A stretch of 61,714 bases of DNA, filler included, from Chiloscyllium plagiosum (Eukaryota), in assembly GCF_004010195.1 (NCBI RefSeq). It is 7 parts of one record of this genome, joined end to end, with 100 filler letters (N's around TTAATTAATTAA, not from the genome) between each part and the next. Parts side by side here need not be neighbours in the genome. Positions count along the whole stretch, not along the records: positions 35,712 to 42,796 come from NC_057716.1; positions 42,897 to 51,100 come from NC_057716.1; 5 more parts are not named here. One strand, given 5' to 3'. Position numbers and translations under genes: made by a program. The notes beneath the pieces were generated by a model. That model had not been told where the DNA came from. It saw only the letters and a list, made by a program, of their open reading frames with translations, and ran no database searches. Shown here one piece after another: positions 35,712-47,440 of the stretch (position 1 is the first letter of the stretch; the number at the start of each line of letters is the position of its first letter).

Positions 35712-37300
35712 CTCTCACTCCTATCGAGAATCATCTTTCCTATCCTTTCCTCTACATCTCTGGGACTATTCGGAGGCCTATAGAAAATTCCCAGCATGAT
35801 GACTTCTCCTTTCCTGTTTCTAACCTCAGCCCATACTACCTCAGTTAACGAGTCCCCAAACATCCTTTCTACAACTGTAATATTGTCCCTGATCAACAAT
35901 GCTACACCTCCCCCTCTTTTGCCATCTTCTCTATTCTTACTGAAACATCTGAATCCCGGAACCTGCAACAGCTATTCCTGTCCCTGCTCTATCCATGTCT
36001 CCGTAATGGCCACAACATCAAAGTCCCAGGTACCAACCCATGTTGCCAGTTCACCCACTTTATTTCAGATGCTCCTTGCGTTGAAGTACACACACTTCAA
36101 TCCAGGTTCTCACTTGCCAGTGTCAGATACTTGATTTTGGAACTCCCTACTCTCATCCTCTTCTGTAACTGTCCTGCAATTTTGGTTCCCGTCCCCCTGC
36201 TGTATTAGTTTAAATCCACCTTAATAGCCTCAGCGAATTTTCCCCCAGGATATTGGTACCCCTCTGGTTTAGATGAAGACCATCCTGCTTGTAGAGGTCC
36301 CACCTATCCCAGAAAGGGCTCCATTTATTCAAAAACCTGAAACCCTCCCTCCTGCACCATCCCTGTAGCCACGTGTTCAACTCCTTTCTCTCCCTATTCC
36401 TCACCTCACTAGCACGTGGCACGGGCAGCAAACCAAAGAAAACAACTCTGTTTGTCCTAGCTCTAAGCTTCCATCCTAGCTCCCTGAATTTCTGCCTCAA
36501 GTTCCCATCTCTCTTCTGACCTATGTCGTTGGTGCCAACGTAGACCACGACTTGGGGCTGTTCTCCCTCCCCCCGAAGGATCCCAAAAACATGATCAGAG
36601 ACATCATGGACTCTGGCATCCGGGAGGCAACACACCAACCGTGAGTCTCTCTCGTCCCCACAGAACCTCCTATCTGTCCCCCTAACTATCGAGTCCCCAG
36701 TGACTACTGCACTGCTCCTCTTCCCCCTTCCCTTCTGAGCAGCAGGAGCCCCACTGCTTTCCCCTGGTAAGTCATCCCCCCCAACGGTATCCAAAACGGT
36801 ATACTTATTGTTGAGGAGAATGGCCACAGGGGATCCCTGCACTGCCTGCCGGTTCCCTTTCTGTCCCCTAACTGTCACCCATCTGTCTTTTTCTTTTATC
36901 AGGGGAGTGACTAATTCTCTGTAAGTCCTGTCAATAACCCCCTCTGCCTCCCGAATGATTCGAAGTTCATCCAACTCCAGCTCCAGTTCCCTAACGCGGT
37001 TTTCGAGGAGCTGGTGTTGGGTGCACTTCCCACAGATGTAGTCAGCAGGGACACTAGTGGTGACCCTTACTTCCCACATTCTGCAGGAGGAACATTCCAC
37101 TGCCCTAAACTAGTTACCTTACCTTGTCAATCTGGCTCCCACAACTTTTCTTTGGGTTAGAGGAGGAGGATGTGTGGCAGACACTACCCGAGTAGTGTCT
37201 CGGGTAACGCAACCACGCAAATATAAACTGTTCTACTTACCCTTCCCAGAAGTCCTTTGCTCGCTCCTCCCTCGCTGGCCTGAAGGTAACAAGTTTAAAA
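35712..37300 (-). mobile_element. CR1 LINE 5' portion (5' UTR, ORF1, start of ORF2 endonuclease)
   Basis: ORF1 below, plus EN segment RGGGVALLIRDNI...GIFYRPPNS. Homologous to 30850-32035. Cut by the join. Confidence 0.93.
36210..37100 (-). CDS. CR1 ORF1 protein: Cys zinc-finger, coiled coil and SGNH/GDSL esterase-like domain (native ATG apparently lost, C-terminal frameshift likely)
   Basis: 296-aa open frame: CSSC...CGKC, LENRVRELELELDEL, GDSIVRG, VGTNDIG, DGLHLN. It starts at GTG; the sister copy at 51149..51370 shows MAAQAVECSSC. Confidence 0.85.
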   Translation of the reverse strand: MECSSCRMWEVRVTTSVPADYICGKCTQHQLLENRVRELELELDELRIIREAEGVIDRTYRELVTPLIKEKDRWVTVRGQKGNRQAVQGSPVAILLNNKYTVLDTVGGDDLPGESSGAPAAQKGRGKRSSAVVTGDSIVRGTDRRFCGDERDSRLVCCLPDARVHDVSDHVFGILRGEGEQPQVVVYVGTNDIGQKRDGNLRQKFRELGWKLRARTNRVVFFGLLPVPRASEVRNRERKELNTWLQGWCRREGFRFLNKWSPFWDRWDLYKQDGLHLNQRGTNILGENSLRLLRWI

Positions 37301-37379
37301 TATATTTCCCGCCCTTCCTGACAATCACCTCACACCAATGACCATTTGCCCCATTGTGTCTGTACCAGATTATATAAGA

Positions 37380-38170
37380 GCTAATCAGCTCATCCTATTC
37401 TACAGCCTTATCTCCATAGCCTTCTGATTTTATCACTTTCAAATATATCTCCAACTCTCTTTTGAAGTCTCCTATGGAATCCACCTCCTCCACTCTTCCA
37501 GGCAGCGTATTCCAAATTCTAACAACTCCCAGAGTAAAGAAGATTTTCCTCATCTCACTCCGAGCTCTCTTCTTGAAATTTTGACCCCTAGCTACTGATA
37601 TACCAACCAATGGAAAAAGAATATTCTCCTTTACATTGTCAAAATTTTTCATAATTTGAACACCTCTTAATCTCTTCATGTGGGAGGTGTAATATCACTC
37701 CTTTGCCCCTATGCTCTATGGCTCTATTTATAAACCCAAGGATTGTATAAACCTTCCTAACAATCAGTTCAACTTGCCTGGCCACCTTCAGAGAGTCATG
37801 CAGATGAACCATGAAATCCCTCTATTCCTACACACCCCTCAAAGTTGTATCCCTGTGGCTGCATTGTCTTTCCATGTTTGTTCCACTAAAATGCATTACG
37901 TCATATTTCACTGCATGGACTTTCATCTGCCAGGTGTCTATCCATTTGGCCAACTTGTCAATATCCCTCTGAAGTTGCTCAGCATCATCTTCATAATTCA
38001 CTGTTCTCTCCAGCTTAGTATCATCTGCAAGTGTAGAGTTTTTGCCCTCAATACCCATCTCCAAATCATTTCTATAAATCAGAAAAAGCAAGGGTCCCAA
38101 CACCAGTCCTTGGAGAACACCACTTTCAACTTGTCTCCAATCTGAGAAGTGCCTATTTATACCTACCTAT
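37380..38170 (-). mobile_element. Older CR1 RT to 3' fragment
   Basis: LGPLLFLIYRNDL...LADDTKL...WQMK; FFTLGVVRIWNTLPGRV. Confidence 0.88.
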
Positions 38171-39250
38171 CATTTAGCAAACTTCAAATCACCCAGACAG
38201 AGATGGAGGTCTCAAACTCACTCACTGAAAGGGTCACAGAGACAGAAACCCTCATTATGTTTGAATAAAACACAGTGAATATGCACTTGAATGATGATTA
38301 TTATTAAGACTATGGACAAAGCTCTGATGAAGAGGATTAGGTTGATAGCTCTTTTTGGCTAGTGCAAGCATAGTGGCGTGAATGACCTCATTCTATGTTA
38401 TGTGTTTCTATAATTCTATGAATTCATCTTTTTCTGGGTGGGTTGGGGTTATATGATTTGGGTGCAATATTAGACTTGCATCCATCTGCTTTCACTCTCT
38501 GCTTAAAGCAGTGAAAATGAATGTCACAGGTTACTTGCTGCAGTTAGATTAAAATTACCCTCATGTTGACTGTTCTACACTGCTGTTTTCAGACAAGATG
38601 GACTTCTGATGTTATTTCTTTAAATATCCATGCCGTAAGTAAATTCTTTGGGGACGGATAACTGACTTGTTAGGTTTCCACTAGTCCGATGCAGTTAGAG
38701 AAAGAACTTATTAGAAGGCAATTGTTATTCCATGGTTTATACACAAGGGCATTGATATAAAATGAGTTGTGGAAATCATCGAGTGAAAATTCACAGAAGT
38801 GACAGCAGAGATGAGATTTTGTAATTATAGAAAATGGCTTGAAAATTTTAAGCTTTTTTATGCTGAAACATGGGAGATACAATTTAAAAATATTCTAAAT
38901 GTATTTCTCTATAATTTCTTCATATGATTTCATATTGTTCCTTTCCAAATACTTAGGATTCCCTGACTCTGTAGATTTTGTCTCAATAGCCACTTATAGT
39001 AATGCAAACCATGTCCATTTAACCCTCAGTGTGAAAGCCTTTCCTATCACCATAATTCCAAGTCTTCACTCTATAATGACAGCCACCAAAACAGTTTTAG
39101 TCTTTTATTACAGGAGCTATATTGTCAAGGAATATCAATAACTGAGATGTGTTTGAGTTATCATGAAGTCGCCAAAGCCAATCAATAAACACAAGCAGAA
39201 GCAGTAATAGCTGGAAAGACTCGGCAGGTCTGGCAGCATCTGTGGAAGGA

Positions 39251-39404
39251 TGTCCAAATATGTGCAGGTCAGGTGATATTGGGCCATTCTAAATTGCCCA
39301 TAGTGTTAGGTGCATTAGTCAGAGGGAAATGGGTCTGGGTGGGTTACTCTTCAGAGGGTCGGTGTGGACTTGTTGGGCCACACTGTAGGGAATCTAATCT
39401 AATC
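39251..39404 (+). mobile_element. 5'-truncated HE1 SINE inserted in a PLE pLTR, 6-bp TSD
   Basis: GAAGGA at 39245-39250 and 39405-39410; HE1 tail CACACTGTAGGGAATCTAATCTAATC. Confidence 0.8.
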
Positions 39405-39839
39405 GAAGGAGAAACAGAGTTAATGTTTCAAGTCCAGTGACACCCCCTCACCTCCCCCCCTTCAGCTTGGAATGCACTGGCAACTATCATTGTAATGGTC
39501 CAACAAGGGCACTGGGTTCAGGGAAACAAATCCAGCACATGGACCGAACGATGCTACATCTCAGCACTCTTGGCTAGCTGTAATAGCACACATTTACTCT
39601 GAGTCAACCTGGATTGTATAGCATCTATGCCTTGTATTGCTTTGCCTTTTTACATTGCCCTCTCAGCCAGAGATGCCAGGCTCCTACCACTACTGCCTTC
39701 CATTGTTCTTAAGCACAGTCACAAAGCCTGTTGTGATTATTGGCAGACCTCAGTCATGTCAAAGAGCATAGCCTTCCTCAAGGAGTCCTAGCTCAATAAA
39801 TCAAGGGTAGACTATGATGCCAGTCCATGCCCTTTTTAG

Positions 39840-40730
39840 GACTGTCAGAATCAAAATGCTCTGCTCTTAAGAGGTGAGGAGCTAAACAATGGGCAGCACA
39901 TCACCCATCTCGACTCCTTTTGCTCTATGGTGAGCTGTTTTACTCCTGGAAATGGGAGAGAGGAACTTATTATGGTGCAATTGGGGAGGTTTCCTCAGTG
40001 AGTGAGCAGGAGACGTGGAGGGTTGGTGGAGTCACAGTTTGTGGTGGGTAAGTGTGAGTGGAGAAGGTGCTTTGTGCATTAATGAGAGTGGTAGAGCGTG
40101 AGCCTTGGCGGAAGGAAGGTGTGCGGCAGCACAGATAGAGTGAGTGTAAGCAATCAAAAAGAAATGGTGGTATTTCTGCTGGTGGAGTGCAAAGGTCAGT
40201 GACCTTCTTCCCACAGTGCTTGGTATTTGTCCAGACTTCTGATTCGTCTTCAAGCGAGGTGACAACCTCAGACCAGGCTGGCATGATCTATAGTTTTAGA
40301 TTAGATTACTTACAGTGTGGAAACAGGCCCTTCAGCCCTAAAAGTCCACACCGACCCGTCAAAGTGCAACCAACCCATACATTTATCCCTTCACCTAACA
40401 CTACGGGCAATTTAGCATGGCCAATTCACATGACCTGCACATCTTTGGACTGTGGGAGGAAACCGGAACACCCAGAGGAAACCCACATAGACACGGGGAG
40501 AATGTGCAAACTCCACACAGTCAGTCACCTGAGGCGGGAAGTGAACCTGGGTCTCTGGCGCTGTGAGGCAGCGGTGCTAACCACCGTGCCGCCACATTGT
40601 GTTCTTCACAGCTGGGCGAAGAGTAGATTTCAATCCTGCACCACCCTGTCCAGCTGGACCTCCAGGACCTTACCCACAATGCATGATACTGATCGCCCCC
40701 TGTCTTTCAGATCCAGGGCAAATGTCATAA
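39840..40730 (-). pseudogene. PIF/Harbinger Myb/SANT-like (MSANTD-type) gene relic with an intron, split by a SINE
   Basis: Minus strand: VLEVQLDRVVQD*NLLF [SINE] MPAWSEVVTSL...NTKHCGKKVTDL. After an acceptor CTCTCCCATTTCCAG (exon starts 39945) comes E/KTAHHRAK...LLTS*EQSIL, matching the domain order LE.L...V...R..LF / W.EVA...QCRKK.NDL / EK.AHNR...LT..EE. Confidence 0.7.
40296..40593 (-). mobile_element. HE1-type V-SINE, full length
   Basis: Same head, core and tail as 13045-13358. Confidence 0.92.
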
Positions 40731-41009
40731 ACTCTGCAGGAGCAGCTCCAGACTGGAAATGGCTTCTCCAGGTGCACACCAGCCTTTAAATACAGTGGTA
40801 GTGGAATCCTGGAATATCCCATCAGTGCCATGTCAGTCTGGGAATGATGTACAGTAAGATGAGACAGAAATGATACTCACCATGAGAGCTGAAACACCAA
40901 GTAATGCAACGTGTCGGCTGAGATACAGTGAATAAATCTGCTTGAACTCACAGCAAGAATCACTCCACTAAACTTGATAAGATTCATACTTAATAAAAAA
41001 AAGTGAAAT

Positions 41010-41255
41010 TCAGCCCCAATTTTATTCTCTCCCTCTTTGGGCTTTGCCTCAACCTATCATTTAATCCTCCCACCACCCTATCCTCTGCATAAATACCAAC
41101 CTTTTCCTCACTACCACCAGTTCTGCTGAAGGGTCACTGGAGCAGAAAAATTGACTCTGCTTTCTGTTCACAGTTGCTGCCAGACCTACTGAGTTTTCCC
41201 AACAATTTTTGTTTCTGTTTCTGGTTTCCAGCATCTGCCGTTCATTCAATTTTTT
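41010..41255 (+). mobile_element. PLE 3' UTR/pLTR (older family) with decayed hammerhead
   Basis: TTCTGCTGAAGGGTCACTGGAGCAGAAAAATTGACTCT...GCTGCCAGACCTACTGAGTTTT...CAGCATCTGC. Confidence 0.65.
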
Positions 41256-41549
41256 CTGAAATTCAGCTGCCAATTTCTATCTTTCTTCATATCTTTTACA
41301 ACATTGTTCTTACTGAAGTGTTAAATGTGTTTCTGTCCAGACATGCTGCCCATCCTGCTAGGACTTCTGTCTAAATTTGCCTTACTGGATATTCATGTTC
41401 CCAATTACTACTGTAGGCTCGTGCTTACCAGAGCCAAAGAGTCATACAGCACAGAAGCATACCCTTTGGTCCAACCAGTCCATTGCAAACATAATCCCAG
41501 ACTAAACCGGTCTTACCTGCCTACTCCAACATTCACTCCCCCTCCTCCA

Positions 41550-41888
41550 CTGGTGCAATGGCTCAGTGGTTAGCACTGCTGCCTTACAGCGCCAAGAACC
41601 CTGCTATGATTCCAGCCTCAGGTGTGGAGTTTGCACATTCTCCCTGTGTCTGCGTGGGTTTCCTCTGGGTGTCCAGTTTCCTCTCACAGTCCAAAGATGT
41701 GCAGGTCAGGTGAATTGGCCAAGCTAATTTGCCCGTAGTGTTTAGGGATGTGTAAATTAGATGCATTAGTCAGGGGGAAATGTAGAGTAATAGGGTAGGG
41801 GAATGGATCTGGGTGGGTTACTCTTTGGAGGGTCGGTATAGACTTGTTGGGTCAAATGGCCTGTTTTCTCACTGTAGGGATTCTATGA
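41550..41888 (+). mobile_element. HE1-type V-SINE
   Basis: TGGCTCAGTGGTTAGCACTGCTGCC...GTGTGGAGTTTGCACATTCTCCC...CACTGTAGGGATTCTATG. Confidence 0.9.
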
Positions 41889-42307
41889 ACCCCTACTAAT
41901 GCTATTGCTCACCCCACACTTTTGTTTTCCTCTCCCTCCCTGATCTTAAATGTGTGTAATTCCTGTATTGAATTAAAATGGGTCTCCAGTCTCTCAGTTC
42001 CAGTACATGAGTTGAATGCACCAACCATTTTTATTGGGCATTTGCAATTTCCCTCGCACCAACCACCCAGAGCTGCCCCACTGCCACTTTATGAATCTTA
42101 CAATTTAAAGTATATTTCTTTCCACCCCTTATTTTTAAAATGTACTCCTACCTGTGTCTCTCCAATGAACTGCACCTATTACTTGAACTATCCATTACTC
42201 TTCCTTTTATTCATTCACGGGATAAGGGCATTTATTGTCCGTCCCTCATTAAGAGTCAACCGCATTGGGTCTGTAGTCACATGTTAGTCAACATGGGAGC
42301 ATAGGAA

Positions 42308-42796
42308 TTAGAACATAGAACATAGAACATAGAACAATACAGCACAGAACAGGCCCTTCGGCCCACGATGTTGTGCCGAACTTCTAACCTAGATTAAGTA
42401 CCCATCCATGTACCTATCCAAATGCTGCTTAAAGGTCGCCAATGATTCCGACTCTACCACTCCCACAGGCAGCGCATTCCATGCCCCCACCACTCTCTGG
42501 GTAAAGAACCCACCCCTGACATCTCCCCTATACCTTCCACCCTTCACCCTAAATTTATGTCCCCTTGTAACACTCTGTTGTACCCGGGAAAAAGTTTCTG
42601 ACTGTCTACTCTATCTATTCCTCTGATCATCTTATAAACCTCTATCAAGTCACCCCTCATCCTTCACCGTTCCAACGAGAAAAGGCCGAGAACTCTCAAC
42701 CTATCCTCGTACGACTTCCTCTCCATTCCAGGCAACATCCTGGTAAATCTTCTCTGCACCCTCTACAAAGCTTCCACATCTTTCCTAAAGTGAAGC
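42308..42796 (-). mobile_element. Young CR1 3' end
   Basis: (TAGAACA)4 tail and CR1 3' sequence with CpGs retained; cut by the join. Confidence 0.9.
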
Positions 42797-42896
42797 NNNN
42801 NNNNNNNNNNNNNNNNNNNNNNNNNNNNNNNNNNNNNNNNTTAATTAATTAANNNNNNNNNNNNNNNNNNNNNNNNNNNNNNNNNNNNNNNNNNNN

Positions 42897-43228
42897 CGGT
42901 CCTTGAAGAAGGAGGCCATCTGGGTTGTGCGTTTTTGGAACTGGTCCTCCTGGGAGCAGATGCGGCGGAGTCGAAGGAATTCCAGTCTGACCTATCACCC
43001 TCACCTTGACCTCTTTCCACCTATCACATTTCCGACGCCCCTCTCCCAAGTCCCTGCTCCCTACCTTTTATCTTAGCCTGCTGGACAAACTTTCCTCATT
43101 CCTGAAGAAGGGCTCATGCCCGAAACGTCGATTCTCCTGTTCCCTGGATGCTGCCTGACCTGCTGCACTTTTCCAGCAACACATTTTCAGCTCTGATCGC
43201 CAGCATCTGCAGTCCTCACTTTCTCCTC
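42897..43228. mobile_element. PLE inversion junction: minus-strand RT-thumb fragment joined to plus-strand 3' UTR/pLTR
   Basis: 42897-42981 minus strand reads FLRLRRICSQEDQFQKRTTQMASFFKD; the plus-strand pLTR follows. Confidence 0.85.
43097..43134 (+). ncRNA. Minimal type I hammerhead ribozyme motif (PLE family A)
   Basis: CATTC-CTGAAGA-A-GGGC-TCAT-GCCC-GAAAC-GTC-GATTC. Confidence 0.8.
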
Positions 43229-46200
43229 AAAGCCTCCCAATCAGAACCCAATTACCGGGATAGAGGTAACTGAGGAGGGAATCGCCCAATCAGAGCCCCT
43301 CCCCCAACCCCCACCCCACCCCACCCACCCCCAACACACAACTCACACACCGTCACGCAGGGAGAAACCCCATTTAACCCAGGGATCACTGGGCAGGGAT
43401 CAGGAGCAGAGGAAAGCTTCCACTACACTATCCCCCCCACCCCCATCCCAGGACAGGGACAGCACGGGGTTAGATACAGAATAAAGCTTCCTCTACACGG
43501 TCCCCTCATCATACATTCCCAGGACAGGGACAGCACAGGGTTAAATACAGAGTAAAGCTCCTTCTACACTGTCATCCCCATCCCAGGACAGGGACAGCAC
43601 AGGGTTAGATACAGAATAAAGCTTCCTCTACACGGTCCCCTCATCACACATTCCCAGGACAGGGACAGCACAGGGTTAAATACAGAGTAAAGCTCTCTCT
43701 ACACTATCCCGTCATCAAACACTCCCAGGATAGGAAAAACATGGGGTTAGATACAGAGTAAAGCTTCTTCTACACTATCCGCCCATCAAACACTCCCAGG
43801 ACAGGGACAGCATGGAGTTAAATACAGAGTAAAGCTACCTCTACACTGTCCCCCATCAAACAATCAGAGGACAGGGACAGCAAAGGGTTAGTTGCATAGT
43901 AAAGCTCTCTCTACACTGACCCCCCCATCAAACACTCGCAGGACAGGGACAGCACGGTGTTAGATACAGAGTAAAGCTCCCTCTGCACTGCTCCCCCTTC
44001 GACCACTCCCAGAACAGGGACAGTACGGGTTTAGATACCGAAGAAAGCTCCCTCTACACTGTCCCTTCATCAAACACTCCCAGGACAGGGACAGAATTGG
44101 GTTAGATACAGATTAAAGCTTCCTTTACACTGTCCCCCCATCAAACACTCCCAGGACAGGCACAGCATGGGGTTAGATACAGAGTAAAGCTCCCTCTACA
44201 CTGTCCCCCATCAAACACTCCCAGGACAGGGACAGCACGGGATTAGATACAGATTAAAGCTTCCTCTACACTGTCCCCCATCAAAAGCTCCCCAAGCACA
44301 GGGACAGCACCGGTTTAGATGCACAAGAAAGATCTCTCTACACTGTCCCCTTCAAACACTCCCAGGACAGGGACAGAAGGGTTCAGATTCAGAGTAAGAT
44401 TCCCTCTACACTGTCCCCCATCAAACACTCGCCAGGACATGGACAGCAAGGTGGCAGATGCAGAGTAAAACTCACTCTACACTGTCCCCCCAATCAAACA
44501 CCCCCAGGACAGGGACAGCACGGGGTTAGATACAGAGTAAAGCACTCTCTACACTGTTTGTCCCCCACATCAAACACTCGCAGGACAGGGAGAGCAATGG
44601 GTTAGATACAGAGTAAAGTTCCCTCTACATTGTCCCCCCATTAAACACTCCTTGGACAGGACAGCACGGGGTAAGATACAGAGTAACACTCCTTCTACAC
44701 TGTCCCACAACAAACACTGCCAGAACAGGGACAGCACGGGGTTGGATATCGAGGAAAGTTCCCTCTACACTGTCCCCTTCAAACACACAGGACAGGGACA
44801 GCAATGGGTTAGATACAGAGTAAAGCTCCATCTACACTGTCCCACCATCCCAGGACAGGCAGAGCACAGGGTTAGATACAGCGTAAAACTCGCTCTAAAC
44901 TATCCACAATCAAACACTCCCAGGACAGGGTCAGCACGGGGTTCGTTACAGAGTAACGCTCCCTCTACACTGTCCCCCGTGATCAAAACCTCCCAGGACA
45001 GGGACAGAATTGGGTTCGATACAGAGTAAAGATCCCTCTACACTACTCCCACATCAAATCCTCACAGGACAGGGACAGCATGGGATTAAATACAGAGGAA
45101 AGCTCCCTCTAAACTGTCCCTTCATCATACACTCCCAGGACAGGGACAGTAAGGGGTTAGATACATAGTAAAGCTCTCTCTATACTGTCCACCATCAAAC
45201 ACTCCCAGGACAGGGACAACATGGGGTTAGATACAGAGTAAAGCATCCTCTACACCGTCCCCCCATCAAACCCTCCCAGGACAGGCACAGCACGGGGTTA
45301 GATACAGAGTAAAGCTCCATCTACACTGTCCCACCATCCCAGGACAGGGAGAGCACAGGGTTAGATACAGAGTAAAGCTTGCTCTAAACTGTCCACAATC
45401 AAACACTCCCAGGACAGGGACAGCACGGGGTTCGTTACAGAGTAAAGCTTCCTCTACATTGCCTCCCGCGATCAAAAACTCCCAGGACAGGGACAGCATG
45501 GGGTTAGATACATTGTAAAACTTCCTCTACTCCATCACCCATCAAACACTCCCAGAACAGGGACAGTATGGGGTTAGATACAGAGTAAAACTTTTTCTAC
45601 ACTCTCCCCCCATCAAACACTCCCAGAAGAGGGACAGCACAAGGTGAGATACAGAGTAAAGCTTGCTCTATACTGCCCCCCCCCCCCATCAAACACTCCC
45701 AGGACAGGGACATACAGGGTTAGATACAGAGTAAAGTTCTCTCTGCACCTCTCCCCATCAAAATTTCCCAGGACAGGGACAGCACATGGTTAGACACGGA
45801 GTAAAGCTACCTCTACGCTGTCCCCCATTAAACACTCCCAGGACAGGAACAGCTCGGGGTTAGATTCAGAGTAAAGCTCACTCTACACTGTCCCTCATCA
45901 AACACTCCCAGGAGAGGGACAGCACGGGGTTAGATACTGAGTAAAGCTCCGTCTACACTGTCTCCCATCAAACACTCCCAGGACAGGGACAGTACATGGT
46001 TTGACACGGAGTAAAGCTACCTCTACACTGTCCCCCATCAAACACTCCCAGGACAAGGACAGAATTGGGTTAGATACAGAGTAAAGCTCTCTCTACACTG
46101 TCCCCCACGATCAAAAACTCCCAGGACAGGGACAGCACAGGGTTAGATACAGAGTAAAGCTCCCTCTACACTGTCCCCCCAATCAAACACTCCCAGGACA

Positions 46201-46371
46201 AGGACAGAATTGGGTTAGATACACAGTAAAGCTCTCTCTACACTGTCCCCCACGATCAAAAACTCCCAGGACAAGGATAGCACGGGGTTAGATACAGAGT
46301 AAAGACTCCTCTACACTGTCTCCCCATCAAACACTTCCAACGTAGGGACATCACTGGTTTAGATACAGAGT

Positions 46372-46466
46372 TGAAACTTTATTGCTGGAACAGCACAGCA
46401 GGTCAGGCAGCATCCAGGGAACAGGAGATTCGACGTTTCGGGCACAGGCCCTTCTTCAGGAATCAA
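46372..46466 (-). mobile_element. 95-nt PLE mini-insert in the satellite with 12-bp TSD
   Basis: TAGATACAGAGT at 46360-46371 and 46467-46478. Confidence 0.9.
46427..46464 (-). ncRNA. Minimal type I hammerhead ribozyme, best-formed copy
   Basis: Minus strand GATTC-CTGAAGA-A-GGGC-CTGT-GCCC-GAAAC-GTC-GAATC: perfect 5-bp helix I, 4-bp helix II, intact core, GUC cleavage triplet. Confidence 0.88.
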
Positions 46467-47440
46467 TAGATACAGAGTAAAGCTGCCTCTACACTGTCCC
46501 CCATCAAACACTCCCAGGAGAGGAACAGTTAGGGGTTAGATACTGAGTAATGCTCCCTCTACACTGTCTCCCATCAAACAGTCCCAGGACAGGGACAGCA
46601 CGGAGTTAGATACAGAGTAAAGCTCCCTCTACACTGTCCCCCGTGATCAAAAACTCCCAGGACAAAGACAGCACAGGGTTAGATACAGAGTAAAGCTCCT
46701 TCTACACTGTTCCCCCAATCAAACACTCCCAGGACAAGGACAGAATTGGGATAGATACAGAGTAAAGCTCCCTCTACACTGTCCCCCGCAATCAATAACT
46801 CCCAGGATAGGGACAGCACGGGTTTAAATACAGACTAAAGCTCCCTCTACACTGTCCCCCGCGATCAATAACTCCCAGGGTAGGGACAGCACTGGTTTAG
46901 ATACAGAGCAAAGCTGCCTCTACACTGTTCCCCATCAAACACTCCCAGGACAGGGAGAGCACGGAGTTAGATACAGAGTAAAGCTCCCTCTATGCTGTCC
47001 CCCCATCAAACACTCCCAGGACAGGGACAGCACGAGGTCAGGTAGTGAGTAAAGCTTTCTCTACACTGTCCCACAACAAACACTACCAGGACAGAGACAG
47101 CACGGGTTTAGATAGAGAGCAAAGCTTCCTCTACACCATCTCCCATCAAAAATTCCCCAGGGACAGGGACAGCACGGGTTTAGATACAGAGGAAAGCTCT
47201 CTCTACGCTGTCCCCTTCAAACACTCACAGGACAGGGACAGCACGAGTTTAGATACATAGGAAAGCCCCCTCTATACTGTCCCCCCTGTCAAACACTCCC
47301 AGGACAGGGACAGCAATGGGTTAGATACAGAGTAATGCTCCTTCTACACTGTCCCCTTCAAACACTCCCAGGACAGGGACAGCACAGGCTAGATACAGAG
47401 TAAAGCTCTCTCCACACTGTCCCCCACATCAAACACTCCC

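Larger units (their letters stand above)
43410..47440. repeat. 70-bp satellite array (~57 units)
   Basis: Consensus CTCTACACTGTCCCCCATCAAACACTCCCAGGACAGGGACAGCACGGGGTTAGATACAGAGTAAAGCTCC; period 70 measured at 44162/44232. Confidence 0.96.
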
